Source of the DNA: Dehalococcoidia bacterium | Lineage (GTDB): Bacteria; Chloroflexota; Dehalococcoidia; Dehalococcoidales; E44-bin46 | Assembly (NCBI GenBank): GCA_030605575.1 | Contig: JAUWIC010000069.1 | Span: 1 to 44,492, forward strand | Direction of reading: 5' to 3' | Length of the DNA stretch: 44,492 nucleotides | In this document: one piece after another, positions 18,167 to 27,121 of the stretch | Position numbering within the stretch: the first letter of the stretch is position 1 | Layout: each line of letters begins with the position of its first letter | Program-made: the position numbers and the translations under genes | Notes under the pieces: model-generated | What the model saw: the letters and a program-made list of their open reading frames with translations, nothing else | Told to the model about the DNA's origin: nothing | Database searches by the model: none

Positions 18167-18195
18167 AGTATAAGCCGTTTCGGCAGTATCTTCAA
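18167..18195 (-). promoter_or_regulatory. sigma70-type promoter of two-component operon 2 (TTGAAG-17-TATACT)
   Basis: Matches the promoter of regulator 1 in -35 and spacing. Confidence 0.6.
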
Positions 18196-18296
18196 CAACC
18201 ACGGTTGTAGTGAGTGCTATGAAGGCAATCTCTTGGCGGAAATACCTAGGTAAAAATGCCTAGTCGGCAGTGGGATGTTTGCGTTAAGGCGAAGTG

Positions 18297-18340
18297 AAAA
18301 ATAGGCACTAAGGCGGATGGCACGAGACTTCCGATATTGT
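18297..18340 (+). promoter_or_regulatory. putative activator-dependent promoter of the hydrogenase region (AAAAATAGGCA-N6-CGGATG-N15-TATTGT)
   Basis: Shared with 4504-4546. Confidence 0.6.
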
Positions 18341-18422
18341 TAAATATAAACAGAGGCTAAGAATGATGAATGGTAGTAAAGGAAATACGGCTCAAATAAT
18401 AGTGGAGAAGGAGGGAAAGACG

Positions 18423-19064
18423 ATGAAAATAGGCGACATGGTCAAAATTAGGAAGTGCGATCCAATACCAGGGGTGGTGGGCGAAAATGCTGACATAGTA
18501 GATATGCAAATTCAAGAGTTCGAGAAATATACTGTATATCCTTTGTGGGTCAAGATGGCCTCTGGTGAGCGTAAAGGCAGGATTTATGGCTTCCAATATG
18601 ATGAGGTGGAGGTACTGCCTAAAGCGTATGAGGCACAAGTCGTAAGCAAGAGAGGAGGGACAGAGACAGTGAAGACAAAAGTGGCTGAACAGCTGGAAGA
18701 GCTCCTGAAGGGCGTTACTACGGTAGAGGAGGTGGCGGAGGTAGAGAAGGCTATTAACGAAGCCAAGGGGAAGGTCTTGGCCGAGCCAGCTCTGGGCTTC
18801 TGGGAAGGAAAGACACCCTGCTGGGAGATGTTCCGCTGTCCCGAGGCAATGAGGAATGAGTGTCCGGCATTTAAGTATCGGACTCTGCCGTGCTGGCAGA
18901 TTGAGGGTACTTACTGCAAGCTTCTCGATTATGGGGCGAGAGGCGATGGCACCGATATCTGCCAGGTATGCCGAGTTTACAAGAAATGGGGTCACGGTGA
19001 GCCGATAGAGATAAAGCTTTGTGGTAAGGGATTCAATCCGGCTGGGAAAGTAGTTCCCAAGTGA
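18423..19064 (+). CDS. hypothetical protein: N-terminal SH3-like beta domain, helical linker, C-terminal Cys-rich two-CW-type domain
   Basis: AAGGAGG SD before ATG 18423 (track start 18363). C-terminal CWEMFRC-x7-C-x9-CW-x6-C-x14-CxxC. Confidence 0.75.
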   Translation: MKIGDMVKIRKCDPIPGVVGENADIVDMQIQEFEKYTVYPLWVKMASGERKGRIYGFQYDEVEVLPKAYEAQVVSKRGGTETVKTKVAEQLEELLKGVTTVEEVAEVEKAINEAKGKVLAEPALGFWEGKTPCWEMFRCPEAMRNECPAFKYRTLPCWQIEGTYCKLLDYGARGDGTDICQVCRVYKKWGHGEPIEIKLCGKGFNPAGKVVPK

Positions 19065-19288
19065 GCTAAAAAAGAAAGACTGGAGCTAGATAATAACGAT
19101 AACGCGGAATTGCCTGATTAGTATTAGCTTCGAGGGCATATATCGCAAGCAATGAGGGTATACCAGCTTGTGATAGGTGCCCTCTTTATATTACAATGTG
19201 GCGGCCAAGCTCACCTTAACCAGGCGAGCTAGCAATTATCGCCACAATTATTACAATCGCCGCATATTACCACAGCAGGAGGTATAAC

Positions 19289-19789
19289 ATGGCAGCAGTT
19301 GAAAGTGAGGTGCGTCCGGGAGTTGGGTATGCGGGGAGGGTTTTCCGACAAATTCAGGAAGTGATTGATGAGACTGGTGGACAGGCTGGTGCCCTTATTC
19401 GGGTGCTGCAGCAAGCACAGGGGCTAATTGGCTATCTCCCAGCACCGGTAATAAAGACTATCTCCCGAGATTTAAAGCTTCCTCTCAGCGAGGTATATGG
19501 GATAATCAGTTTTTATCACTTCTTTTCTATGGTGCCTAAGGGTAAGTATGTTATTCAAGTGTGTATGGGCACCAGTTGCTATGTTAAGGGGGGACAGAGG
19601 ATTCTCGATGCCTTAAGGAAGGAGTGGGGTCTTGAACCTGAGGGAATTACTCCCGATGGCAGGTTCTCTCTGGAAACCGTTCGCTGCCTGGGTTGCTGTG
19701 GTCTATCCCCGGTAATGGCTATTGGTGAAGATGTCCACCGAAAGGTCAAACCCAGCCAGGTAAAGGATATTCTGAATTCTTACCGCTAG
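19289..19789 (+). CDS. NuoE/HoxE/HydC-like [2Fe-2S] subunit
   Basis: VCMGTSCYV...CLGCCGLSP; AGGAGG SD. Confidence 0.95.
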   Translation: MAAVESEVRPGVGYAGRVFRQIQEVIDETGGQAGALIRVLQQAQGLIGYLPAPVIKTISRDLKLPLSEVYGIISFYHFFSMVPKGKYVIQVCMGTSCYVKGGQRILDALRKEWGLEPEGITPDGRFSLETVRCLGCCGLSPVMAIGEDVHRKVKPSQVKDILNSYR

Positions 19790-19802
19790 GAGGGAATAGA
19801 AG

Positions 19803-22800
19803 GTGGCGCGAATCTCCTCTATAGAGGATCTGAAAAGATTAAAAGCGGCTGTAGAACCGCTTTTTGCTGTGCGTGAAGATGGGGACTTCACCAAGATTAA
19901 AACTGCACCTGAAATTAACATCCGAGTTTGCCGGGGGAGCGGTTGCGCTGCATCTGGGTCAGAGAAGGTAACCAGAGCCTTTGAAGAGTCCATCAAGGGA
20001 AACGGGCTAGAGAAAAGGGTCAGGATTATAATAACAGGGTGTCATGGTCTTTGCGAGATGGGACCTATAGTTATAATCAACCCTGGGGATATCCTTTATA
20101 CCAGGGTGAAAGAGGAGGATATAGAGGAGATTGTACAGAGCCATCTAATAAAAGGCGAAATAGTGGAAAGATTGGTTTACCATGACCCGATAACAGGAAA
20201 GCCAATACCGAGATACGGTGAGATTAGTTTCTATTTGAGGCAAGAGAGGAGAGTGCTGCATAATAATGGCTTCATCGACCCCTGGAGCATTGATGAATAT
20301 GTTGCCCGGGATGGTTATCAAGCCCTGGGCAAGGTCTTGACCCAGATGAAGCCTGAAGAGGTTATAGACGAGATTAAGAAAGCAGGGTTGCGGGGACGGG
20401 GAGGAGCCGGCTTCCCCACAGCTATAAAGTGGGGCTTCGTCCGTAGTGCGTCCAGTGATGAAAAATACGTAGTTTGTAATGGTGATGAAGGCGACCCCGG
20501 GGCTTATATGAATCGGTCCGTTCTGGAGGGTAACCCCCACTCCATAATCGAGGGGATGGCCATTGGTGCCTATGCTATAGGGAATGTGTGCCAGGGCTAT
20601 GCCTATGTCAGAGCTGAATATCCCCTGGCCATTGAGACTTTAAGCCACGCCATCGCTCAAGCCCGAGAGTATGGTCTTCTGGGCAAAAATATTTTAGGTG
20701 CCAGCTTTGAATTTTCTATTGATATCTTCCCCGGGGCTGGTGCCTTCGTCTGTGGAGAAGAAACAGCCCTTTTGGGTTCCATCGAGGGGAAAAGGGGAAA
20801 TCCCAGGCAAAGACCTCCCTTCCCGGCCAACGTCGGGGGAGGACTCTTTGGCAAGCCTACCGCTATCAATAATGTGGAGACATGGTCAGATGTCCCCCAG
20901 ATTATTTTACAGGGGGCTGACTGGTTTGCCAGCGTTGGCACGGAGCAAAGCAAGGGGACAAAAACCTTCAGCCTGGTGGGGAAAATAAACAATACAGGAC
21001 TGGTCGAGGTCCCCCTAGGGACACCGCTGGGAAAAATCGTATTCGATATTGGTGGGGGAATACCTAACGGCAAAAGATTCAAGGCGGTTCAGATAGGTGG
21101 ACCGTCGGGAGGTGTTATCCCTATTGAGCATCTCAATACGCCTGTTGATTATGAAGCGGTTACCGCTCTCGGGGCAATTATGGGTTCGGGTGGGCTGGTG
21201 GTCATGGATGAGGATAGTTGCATGGTGGATGTGGCCAAATTCTTCCTTCAATTCACCAGGGATGAGTCCTGTGGTAAATGTACTCCTTGCCGGGCCGGGA
21301 TTCCTGAGATGTTGCAGATTCTAAACAGGGTCAGCCGGGGAGAAGCCACCCTGGAGGAACTGGATACCCTGGAAGAACTGGCTGAGATGGTTGCCTCGGC
21401 TTCTCTATGTGGTCTAGGACAAACCAGTCCGAATCCAGTCTTAACCACACTACGCCACTTCCGTGAGGAATATGAGGCTCATATTATAGATAAAAAGTGC
21501 CCGGCTGCCGTTTGCCAGGCCCTATTTAGAGTCCCCTGTCAGCATACCTGTCCTGTAGAACTGGACATCCCCGGTTATGTCAGTTTGATTAAGGAGGGTA
21601 AGTTTGTTGAAGCTTATTGTTTAATCAAACAGCGCAATCCTTTACCGGCGGTATGTGGTCGGGTGTGTCATCACCCCTGCGAGTTTAAGTGCAATCGAAC
21701 TCAGATTGATGAACCAATAGCCATCAGGGAGCTGAGGCGATTTGTTGCTGACTACGCTTTTAATTTGGGGGTTAAATATGCGCCTAAGATAAAGGCAGGG
21801 AAGGAGGAGAAGGTGGCTATCATCGGGGCTGGTCCCGCCGGGCTATCAGCAGCTTGGGACCTTGCCCTGGAAGGATACCAGGTTACCATCTTTGAGGCTC
21901 TTCCTGTGGCTGGGGGAATGCTGGCGGTAGCCATTCCTGAGTATCGTCTGCCTAAGGATATTCTGAGCCATGAGGTTCAAGAGATAGAAAATCTGGGGGT
22001 GGATATAAGACTAAGTACACCGGTTAGCGATGTTGAATCATTGCTTAAGGACGATTATAAAGCAGTGTTCATCGCCACCGGTGCTCATAAAGGAGACAAG
22101 ATGGGGATTCCTGGCGAAGACCTGGGAGGGGTCTATGATGCCATTGAGTTCCTGAGGGAGGTCAATTTAGGTCGGGAAGTACCGGTGGGCAGGAGGGTGG
22201 CAATTGTTGGCGGTGGCAACTCAGCCGTTGACTCTGCCCGAGTAGCTTTAAGAAAGGGCGCTGAGGAAGTACATATATTATATAGGCGCGAGAGGAAGGA
22301 TATGCCAGCCATATCTGAGGAGATTGAAGCCGCTGAAGAAGAGGGAATCAATTTTCACTTCCTGGTAGCCCCGACTAGGATTTTAGGTAATGATGGCAGG
22401 GTTAACGGGCTTGAGTGCATCCGAATGGAGCTGGGGGAATTTGACCGAAGTGGGAGAAGGACTCCCTCTCCTATTGGCGGCTCGGAATATGTAGTAGATA
22501 CGGATATGGTTATTGAAGCCGTAGGTCAAAGACCTGACACCTCTTTTATCAAGGATAACGGAATCAAGATGGGAAGGGGTGGGAGAGTAGTTGCCGACCG
22601 ACGGACATTGGCTACTGGTAGAAAGGGGATTTTTGCCGGTGGAGATGCCGTAACCGGTCCTCAGACGGTAATTGAAGCCATCGCTGCCGGACAGAGAGCA
22701 GCCTCCTCTATAAAGAGATATCTCCAGGGGAAGGAGCTTTCACCATTGGTTGAGCGTGATGGCTATGAACCGATTGCCTACTCATCTGTGCCACCCAGTG

Positions 22801-22958
22801 ATGAAGAGGCACAGGAGAAGGCCAGAATTAGGGCTTCTGAAATCGCCATGAGCCAAAGAAAGACGTCGTTTAAGGAGATTACTTTGACCTATAGCCCGGA
22901 AGAAGCCATAGAAGAGGCGTCAAGATGTCTAAGATGCGACCTTGAGGTTGGAGGATAA
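19803..22958 (+). CDS. NuoF/HoxF/HydB-like diaphorase fused to a GltD/NfnB-like FAD/NADP(H) domain
   Basis: Trx-like 2Fe-2S (CRGSGC...GCHGLC), GLRGRGGAGFP, DEGDPGAYMNR, ESCGKCTPCR, then PCQHTCP...VCGRVCHHPCE, GAGPAGLSAA, GGGNSAVD...YRR, EASRCLRC. Confidence 0.93.
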   Translation: MARISSIEDLKRLKAAVEPLFAVREDGDFTKIKTAPEINIRVCRGSGCAASGSEKVTRAFEESIKGNGLEKRVRIIITGCHGLCEMGPIVIINPGDILYTRVKEEDIEEIVQSHLIKGEIVERLVYHDPITGKPIPRYGEISFYLRQERRVLHNNGFIDPWSIDEYVARDGYQALGKVLTQMKPEEVIDEIKKAGLRGRGGAGFPTAIKWGFVRSASSDEKYVVCNGDEGDPGAYMNRSVLEGNPHSIIEGMAIGAYAIGNVCQGYAYVRAEYPLAIETLSHAIAQAREYGLLGKNILGASFEFSIDIFPGAGAFVCGEETALLGSIEGKRGNPRQRPPFPANVGGGLFGKPTAINNVETWSDVPQIILQGADWFASVGTEQSKGTKTFSLVGKINNTGLVEVPLGTPLGKIVFDIGGGIPNGKRFKAVQIGGPSGGVIPIEHLNTPVDYEAVTALGAIMGSGGLVVMDEDSCMVDVAKFFLQFTRDESCGKCTPCRAGIPEMLQILNRVSRGEATLEELDTLEELAEMVASASLCGLGQTSPNPVLTTLRHFREEYEAHIIDKKCPAAVCQALFRVPCQHTCPVELDIPGYVSLIKEGKFVEAYCLIKQRNPLPAVCGRVCHHPCEFKCNRTQIDEPIAIRELRRFVADYAFNLGVKYAPKIKAGKEEKVAIIGAGPAGLSAAWDLALEGYQVTIFEALPVAGGMLAVAIPEYRLPKDILSHEVQEIENLGVDIRLSTPVSDVESLLKDDYKAVFIATGAHKGDKMGIPGEDLGGVYDAIEFLREVNLGREVPVGRRVAIVGGGNSAVDSARVALRKGAEEVHILYRRERKDMPAISEEIEAAEEEGINFHFLVAPTRILGNDGRVNGLECIRMELGEFDRSGRRTPSPIGGSEYVVDTDMVIEAVGQRPDTSFIKDNGIKMGRGGRVVADRRTLATGRKGIFAGGDAVTGPQTVIEAIAAGQRAASSIKRYLQGKELSPLVERDGYEPIAYSSVPPSDEEAQEKARIRASEIAMSQRKTSFKEITLTYSPEEAIEEASRCLRCDLEVGG

Positions 22959-22961
22959 GCA

Positions 22962-24926
22962 ATGGGTGAGATAACCTTAACCATCAACGGGAAACAGGTT
23001 AAAGGAAAGGAAGGAGACACTGTTCTCGAGGTTTGTCAGGCTAATGGCATTGATGTGCCAACCCTTTGTCACCTTGATGGATTAAGCGATGTCGGCGCCT
23101 GCCGAATGTGTGTGGTGGAAATTGAGAAGGAGAGGAGACCAGTTCCTGCCTGTACCTATCCGGCCAGGGATGGACTGGTGGTTGAAACCAACACCGAGCG
23201 ACTGGAGAGATATCGTCGCCAGATATTGGAACTTATATTTACCGAGCACAATCACTTCTGTATGTTCTGTGAAGCAAGCGGGGATTGTGAGCTACAGAAA
23301 CTGGCTTACCGATATCAGATGGACAACGTGCGTTATCCCTATACCTTTCCTTCTTTATCTGTGGACTCACTAAGTGATTATCTGGTAATTGACCATAATC
23401 GTTGCATCCTCTGCGGCCGGTGCATTCGAGCCTGTAGTGAAGTGGCTGGTAGTCATACCCTGGATTTCAGTCAGCGAGGCTGGAAAACGCTGGTGACTGC
23501 TGACTTGGAGCAACCACTGGGCGAATCATCCTGTTTCCTCTGCGGTGCCTGTGTTCAGGCATGTCCTACCGGGGCTATTTTCAGTAAACTCAGCCTTTAC
23601 AAAGGCAGAACGGATGAGTGCCAGCAAGTAAAGACCGTTTGCCCTGCCTGCGGAGTGGGCTGTGAACTGAATGTACTGGTGAAGGATAATAACCTGGTGA
23701 GAATTGAAGCCCCACGGTTAACCGAGCCCAGGGGGCCATTATGCCGGATGGGGCGTTTTGGTCTGCTGGAGCCAACTCCACCTAGGGTTACTTCACCTCT
23801 GATACGGGGTAAGCAGGGCGAGCTAGAGGAGTGTACTTTACATAAAGCAGTGGAGGTAATCGTCGACAGGCTGGCAGGGGTAAAGGACGGTTTGGCCGGC
23901 ATGATATCTACCAGGGTTCCCAGTGAGACACTTTCTTTGTTCAATAGGTTCATCGGTGAGGTAATAGGTAGCGACTCGATTGATACCCTGGATGGAGAAA
24001 GCTATCGGATAATTACCAATGGTATTAGGCAATTTCAGGATAATGGGAGGGGATTAGACATTGAGTGTCCTATTGAGGATATACCGGAGGCAGATTGCAT
24101 TATTGTCGTCGGTGCCGACCCTGAGAAGACCAACCCTATCATTAGTACTCTCGTGCGCCGGGCGGTGAGGCAAAGGCAGGCAAAGTTGATTGTGGTAAAC
24201 TCATCCCGGGATGTTTTTCCCCTCTGGACTGACCTTTGGCTTAAACCCAGGGCGGGTAGTGAAGGGGTCCTGCTTAGTGGTCTAGCCGGGATTCTTATCG
24301 ACAAAGGTCTGGTTGTTTCAGGAAAGGCAAGTGCCAGGCTTATTAAGTCTTTTAGCCGGTATAGCATAGGCGAAGTGGTCAGGACTACCGGCATAGAGGA
24401 AGAGAGGTTGGAGTTGTTAGCGGGGATGTATGGCCAGGCTGAGCGTGGGGTCATCATCTATGGAGACGAGTTGCTACGGACGAATGATGCCAGCTCGATT
24501 ACCACCATCTTGAATCTGGCTAATATGACCGGAAATCAGGTTGGGGACAGGCTAAGAGTAATCTCACTTAAACCGCGGGCTAATAGTCGTGGTGCCTGGG
24601 AGATGGGGTTAGCCAGGGGCATAAAGCGGGGCAAGCTGAAGGGACTCTATCTCCTTCTCGCCGACGAACGTGATAGCGGGGAATTATTGAGTTGGCTTAA
24701 GGGAATAGATTTCTTGGTAGTACAGGCCAGCTATCAGTCACCGATTACATCTATGGCTGATGTGGTTCTACCCTCACCGATATGGGCAGAAAGAGAGGGT
24801 AAATATGTGACTATGGATGGGCGTGTTCTCGAATTAAAACGGGTGCTTCAGCCCAAAGATGGTCTACCTCAGGACCAGGAAGTATTAATAGAAATTTCTC
24901 AAAGATTGGGACACAAGTTGACCTAA
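22962..24926 (+). CDS. HoxU/HydA/NuoG-like Fe-S subunit with degenerate molybdopterin-oxidoreductase C-terminal domain
   Basis: CH...ACRMC...PAC (2Fe-2S), HNHFCMFCEASGDC, CILCGRCIRAC, CFLCGACVQACP, CPACGVGC...LC, ADVVLP. Confidence 0.88.
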   Translation: MGEITLTINGKQVKGKEGDTVLEVCQANGIDVPTLCHLDGLSDVGACRMCVVEIEKERRPVPACTYPARDGLVVETNTERLERYRRQILELIFTEHNHFCMFCEASGDCELQKLAYRYQMDNVRYPYTFPSLSVDSLSDYLVIDHNRCILCGRCIRACSEVAGSHTLDFSQRGWKTLVTADLEQPLGESSCFLCGACVQACPTGAIFSKLSLYKGRTDECQQVKTVCPACGVGCELNVLVKDNNLVRIEAPRLTEPRGPLCRMGRFGLLEPTPPRVTSPLIRGKQGELEECTLHKAVEVIVDRLAGVKDGLAGMISTRVPSETLSLFNRFIGEVIGSDSIDTLDGESYRIITNGIRQFQDNGRGLDIECPIEDIPEADCIIVVGADPEKTNPIISTLVRRAVRQRQAKLIVVNSSRDVFPLWTDLWLKPRAGSEGVLLSGLAGILIDKGLVVSGKASARLIKSFSRYSIGEVVRTTGIEEERLELLAGMYGQAERGVIIYGDELLRTNDASSITTILNLANMTGNQVGDRLRVISLKPRANSRGAWEMGLARGIKRGKLKGLYLLLADERDSGELLSWLKGIDFLVVQASYQSPITSMADVVLPSPIWAEREGKYVTMDGRVLELKRVLQPKDGLPQDQEVLIEISQRLGHKLT

Positions 24927-24941
24927 GTTAGGAGGCTAACA

Positions 24942-25475
24942 TTGGCCAAGGTAAAAGTGGCTTCAGCCTGGTTGGATTGTTGCTCTGGTTGTCACATGTC
25001 TTTTCTGGATATGGATGAGATACTTATTGATTTGGCAGATGTAATAGAACTCACCGCTAGCCCCATAACCGATATTAAAGAATTTTCACCGGTTGATGTC
25101 GGGATTATTGAAGGGTCAGTGAGTAATGAGCATGATGAACAGGTAGCTAAAAACTTGCGTGCCAATTGCAAGATACTGATGGTATTAGGTGATTGTGCTT
25201 GTTTCGGGGGTATAAATAGTATGCGTAACCTGTTCACTATTGAAGAGGTTCTTCATAGATACTATAGCACTGAGAGCACCACCAAAGATAGTAAAATTCC
25301 ATCATCGGAAGACATACCACCGCTGACCGAGGTTAAGCCGGTAAATCAGGTGGTTAAGGTTGACTGTTATGTCCCAGGATGCCCGCCCTCAGCTAAAGCT
25401 ATTCACTATGCTCTGACCGAACTTCTGGCGGGCAGAATTCCGGTGCTCCCGAGCGAGATGATGAGGTTTGATTAA
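24942..25475 (+). CDS. hoxY: group 3 [NiFe]-hydrogenase small subunit (HoxY-like, proximal cluster only)
   Basis: WLDCCSGCHMS, IIEGSV, LGDCACFGG, VPGCPP; 177 aa. Confidence 0.92.
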   Translation: MAKVKVASAWLDCCSGCHMSFLDMDEILIDLADVIELTASPITDIKEFSPVDVGIIEGSVSNEHDEQVAKNLRANCKILMVLGDCACFGGINSMRNLFTIEEVLHRYYSTESTTKDSKIPSSEDIPPLTEVKPVNQVVKVDCYVPGCPPSAKAIHYALTELLAGRIPVLPSEMMRFD

Positions 25476-25498
25476 GATTTCGAGGTGGAGGCATTATT

Positions 25499-26926
25499 AT
25501 GACTAGAAAGATTGTAATCGAGCCCATTACTCGAATTGAGGGGCATGGCAAGGTAACCATTCACCTTGATGATAGAGGTAATGTGGACCAAGCCAGGCTT
25601 CATGTTACCCAAGTGCGGGGGTTCGAGAAGTTTTGTGAAGGGCGGCTTTTCTGGGAGATGCCAGTTATTACTGCTCGAATCTGTGGTATTTGCCCGGTAA
25701 GTCACCACCTGGCTTCAGCTAAAGCTGGGGATGTCATTTTGGGGGTGAAGCTGACACCTACTGCTGAGATGCTACGCCGGCTAATTCACATGGCGCAGAT
25801 TGTTCAGTCTCATGCCCTCCATTTCTTCTACTTGGCTAGCCCTGACCTGCTCTTCGGTATGGATGCTGACCCAGCCAAGCGAAATATCATGGGTCTTATT
25901 GCCGAAAAGCCCGAGATTGCCAGAAAGGGAGTGAAGCTTCGTGCTTTCGGTCAGAAAATAATAGAGATGCTCGGAGATAAGAGGGTTCATCCCAATGCCG
26001 CTATCCCGGGAGGGATGAATAAGGCTCTTAGTCCTGATAGGCGTGATGAAATCCTAAGCCAGGTGGATGATATTATCGCTGACTGTCAGTTCGCCATTGA
26101 CCTGGTTAAGGAGTATTATGCTCAACATAGTGAGGAGGCTACCACTTTTGCCAGTTTTGGCACCGGCTACCTCGGACTTGTCGATAATGATGGTAATGTT
26201 GAGTATTATGATGGCAAGCTCAGATTGAAAGATAGCCAAGGTATTACCCTGGAAGATAATGTAGCCCCGGAGAATTACCTTTCCATTATTGAAGAAAAGG
26301 TCGAGGATTGGTCTTACCTTAAGTTCCCTTATTACAAGAAGCTGGGTTACCCTGTTGGTATGTACCGTGTAGGACCTTTGGGGCGGCTCAATGTTGCCGA
26401 TGGGTGTGATACCCCTCTAGCTAATAAAGAGTTCGGTAACTTCAAGAAGCTGGGCAACAATGGCGTAGTCCAGGGGTCGTTATACTACCACTACGCCCGC
26501 TTGATTGAAACGCTTAATGCCGCGGAAAAGATAAAGTTACTGGTGCAAGATGAAATCATCTGCTCCCAGGAAATATGGGTCAATTCCAGTGAGATTAACG
26601 AGGAGGGCATAGGCGTAATTGAAGCCCCCAGAGGGACACTTTTCCACCATTATTGGGTAGATACGAGTGGCAAAATTCGCAAGGTCAACTTGATTGTGGC
26701 CACTGGTAATAATAATTTGGCAATGAATCGTGCTGTTTATGAAGTAGCTAAGGGATTTATCAAAGACGGAAAACTTACTGAAGGGATACTTAATCGGGTT
26801 GAGGTTGCTATTCGCTGCTACGACCCCTGTCTCTCCTGCTCCACACATGCTCTAGGTCAGATGCCTCTGGTGATTCAATTGGTCTCTTCTCGCGGTGAGG
26901 TTATCAACGAGGTCAGTGCCGGCTAA
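25499..26926 (+). CDS. hoxH: group 3 [NiFe]-hydrogenase large subunit (HoxH-like)
   Basis: [19 protein letters not shown] (L1), [14 protein letters not shown] (L2) with a C-terminal cleavable extension. Confidence 0.95.
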   Translation: MTRKIVIEPITRIEGHGKVTIHLDDRGNVDQARLHVTQVRGFEKFCEGRLFWEMPVITARICGICPVSHHLASAKAGDVILGVKLTPTAEMLRRLIHMAQIVQSHALHFFYLASPDLLFGMDADPAKRNIMGLIAEKPEIARKGVKLRAFGQKIIEMLGDKRVHPNAAIPGGMNKALSPDRRDEILSQVDDIIADCQFAIDLVKEYYAQHSEEATTFASFGTGYLGLVDNDGNVEYYDGKLRLKDSQGITLEDNVAPENYLSIIEEKVEDWSYLKFPYYKKLGYPVGMYRVGPLGRLNVADGCDTPLANKEFGNFKKLGNNGVVQGSLYYHYARLIETLNAAEKIKLLVQDEIICSQEIWVNSSEINEEGIGVIEAPRGTLFHHYWVDTSGKIRKVNLIVATGNNNLAMNRAVYEVAKGFIKDGKLTEGILNRVEVAIRCYDPCLSCSTHALGQMPLVIQLVSSRGEVINEVSAG

Positions 26927-26980
26927 ATGGTTATCTGTGGTGCTATGGTCGGTAGCACAGTGAGTGACTTAGCTATGTCC

Positions 26981-27053
26981 GGCTCTTATTGCCATCATTC
27001 TGCCACCACGTTGACTGAGCATATTGACAAGCTAAAAGAAATAGTATTAAAAT
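26981..27053 (+). promoter_or_regulatory. promoter (TTGACA 27024, TAAAAT 27048) with a ~50-bp upstream block shared with 28667-28716
   Basis: GGCT(C/T)TTATTGCCATCATT(C/T)TGCCACCA..TTGAC..AGC.TATTGACAA in both places. Confidence 0.65.
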
Positions 27054-27121
27054 AGTATCTAATTTGAGCATAAAACACTCTGGCAACAAGAGTGGTAGAA
27101 TTGCTGAGACAGGAGGGAAGG

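Noticed and set aside
19065-19288. Rex operator or structured leader upstream of the hydrogenase nuoE-like gene
   Set aside because: Only a TTGTGA half-site and weak hairpins; not enough support
25499-26926. [NiFeSe] hydrogenase or selenocysteine recoding
   Set aside because: The L2 motif is DPCLSC with Cys codons, and no in-frame TGA interrupts any subunit
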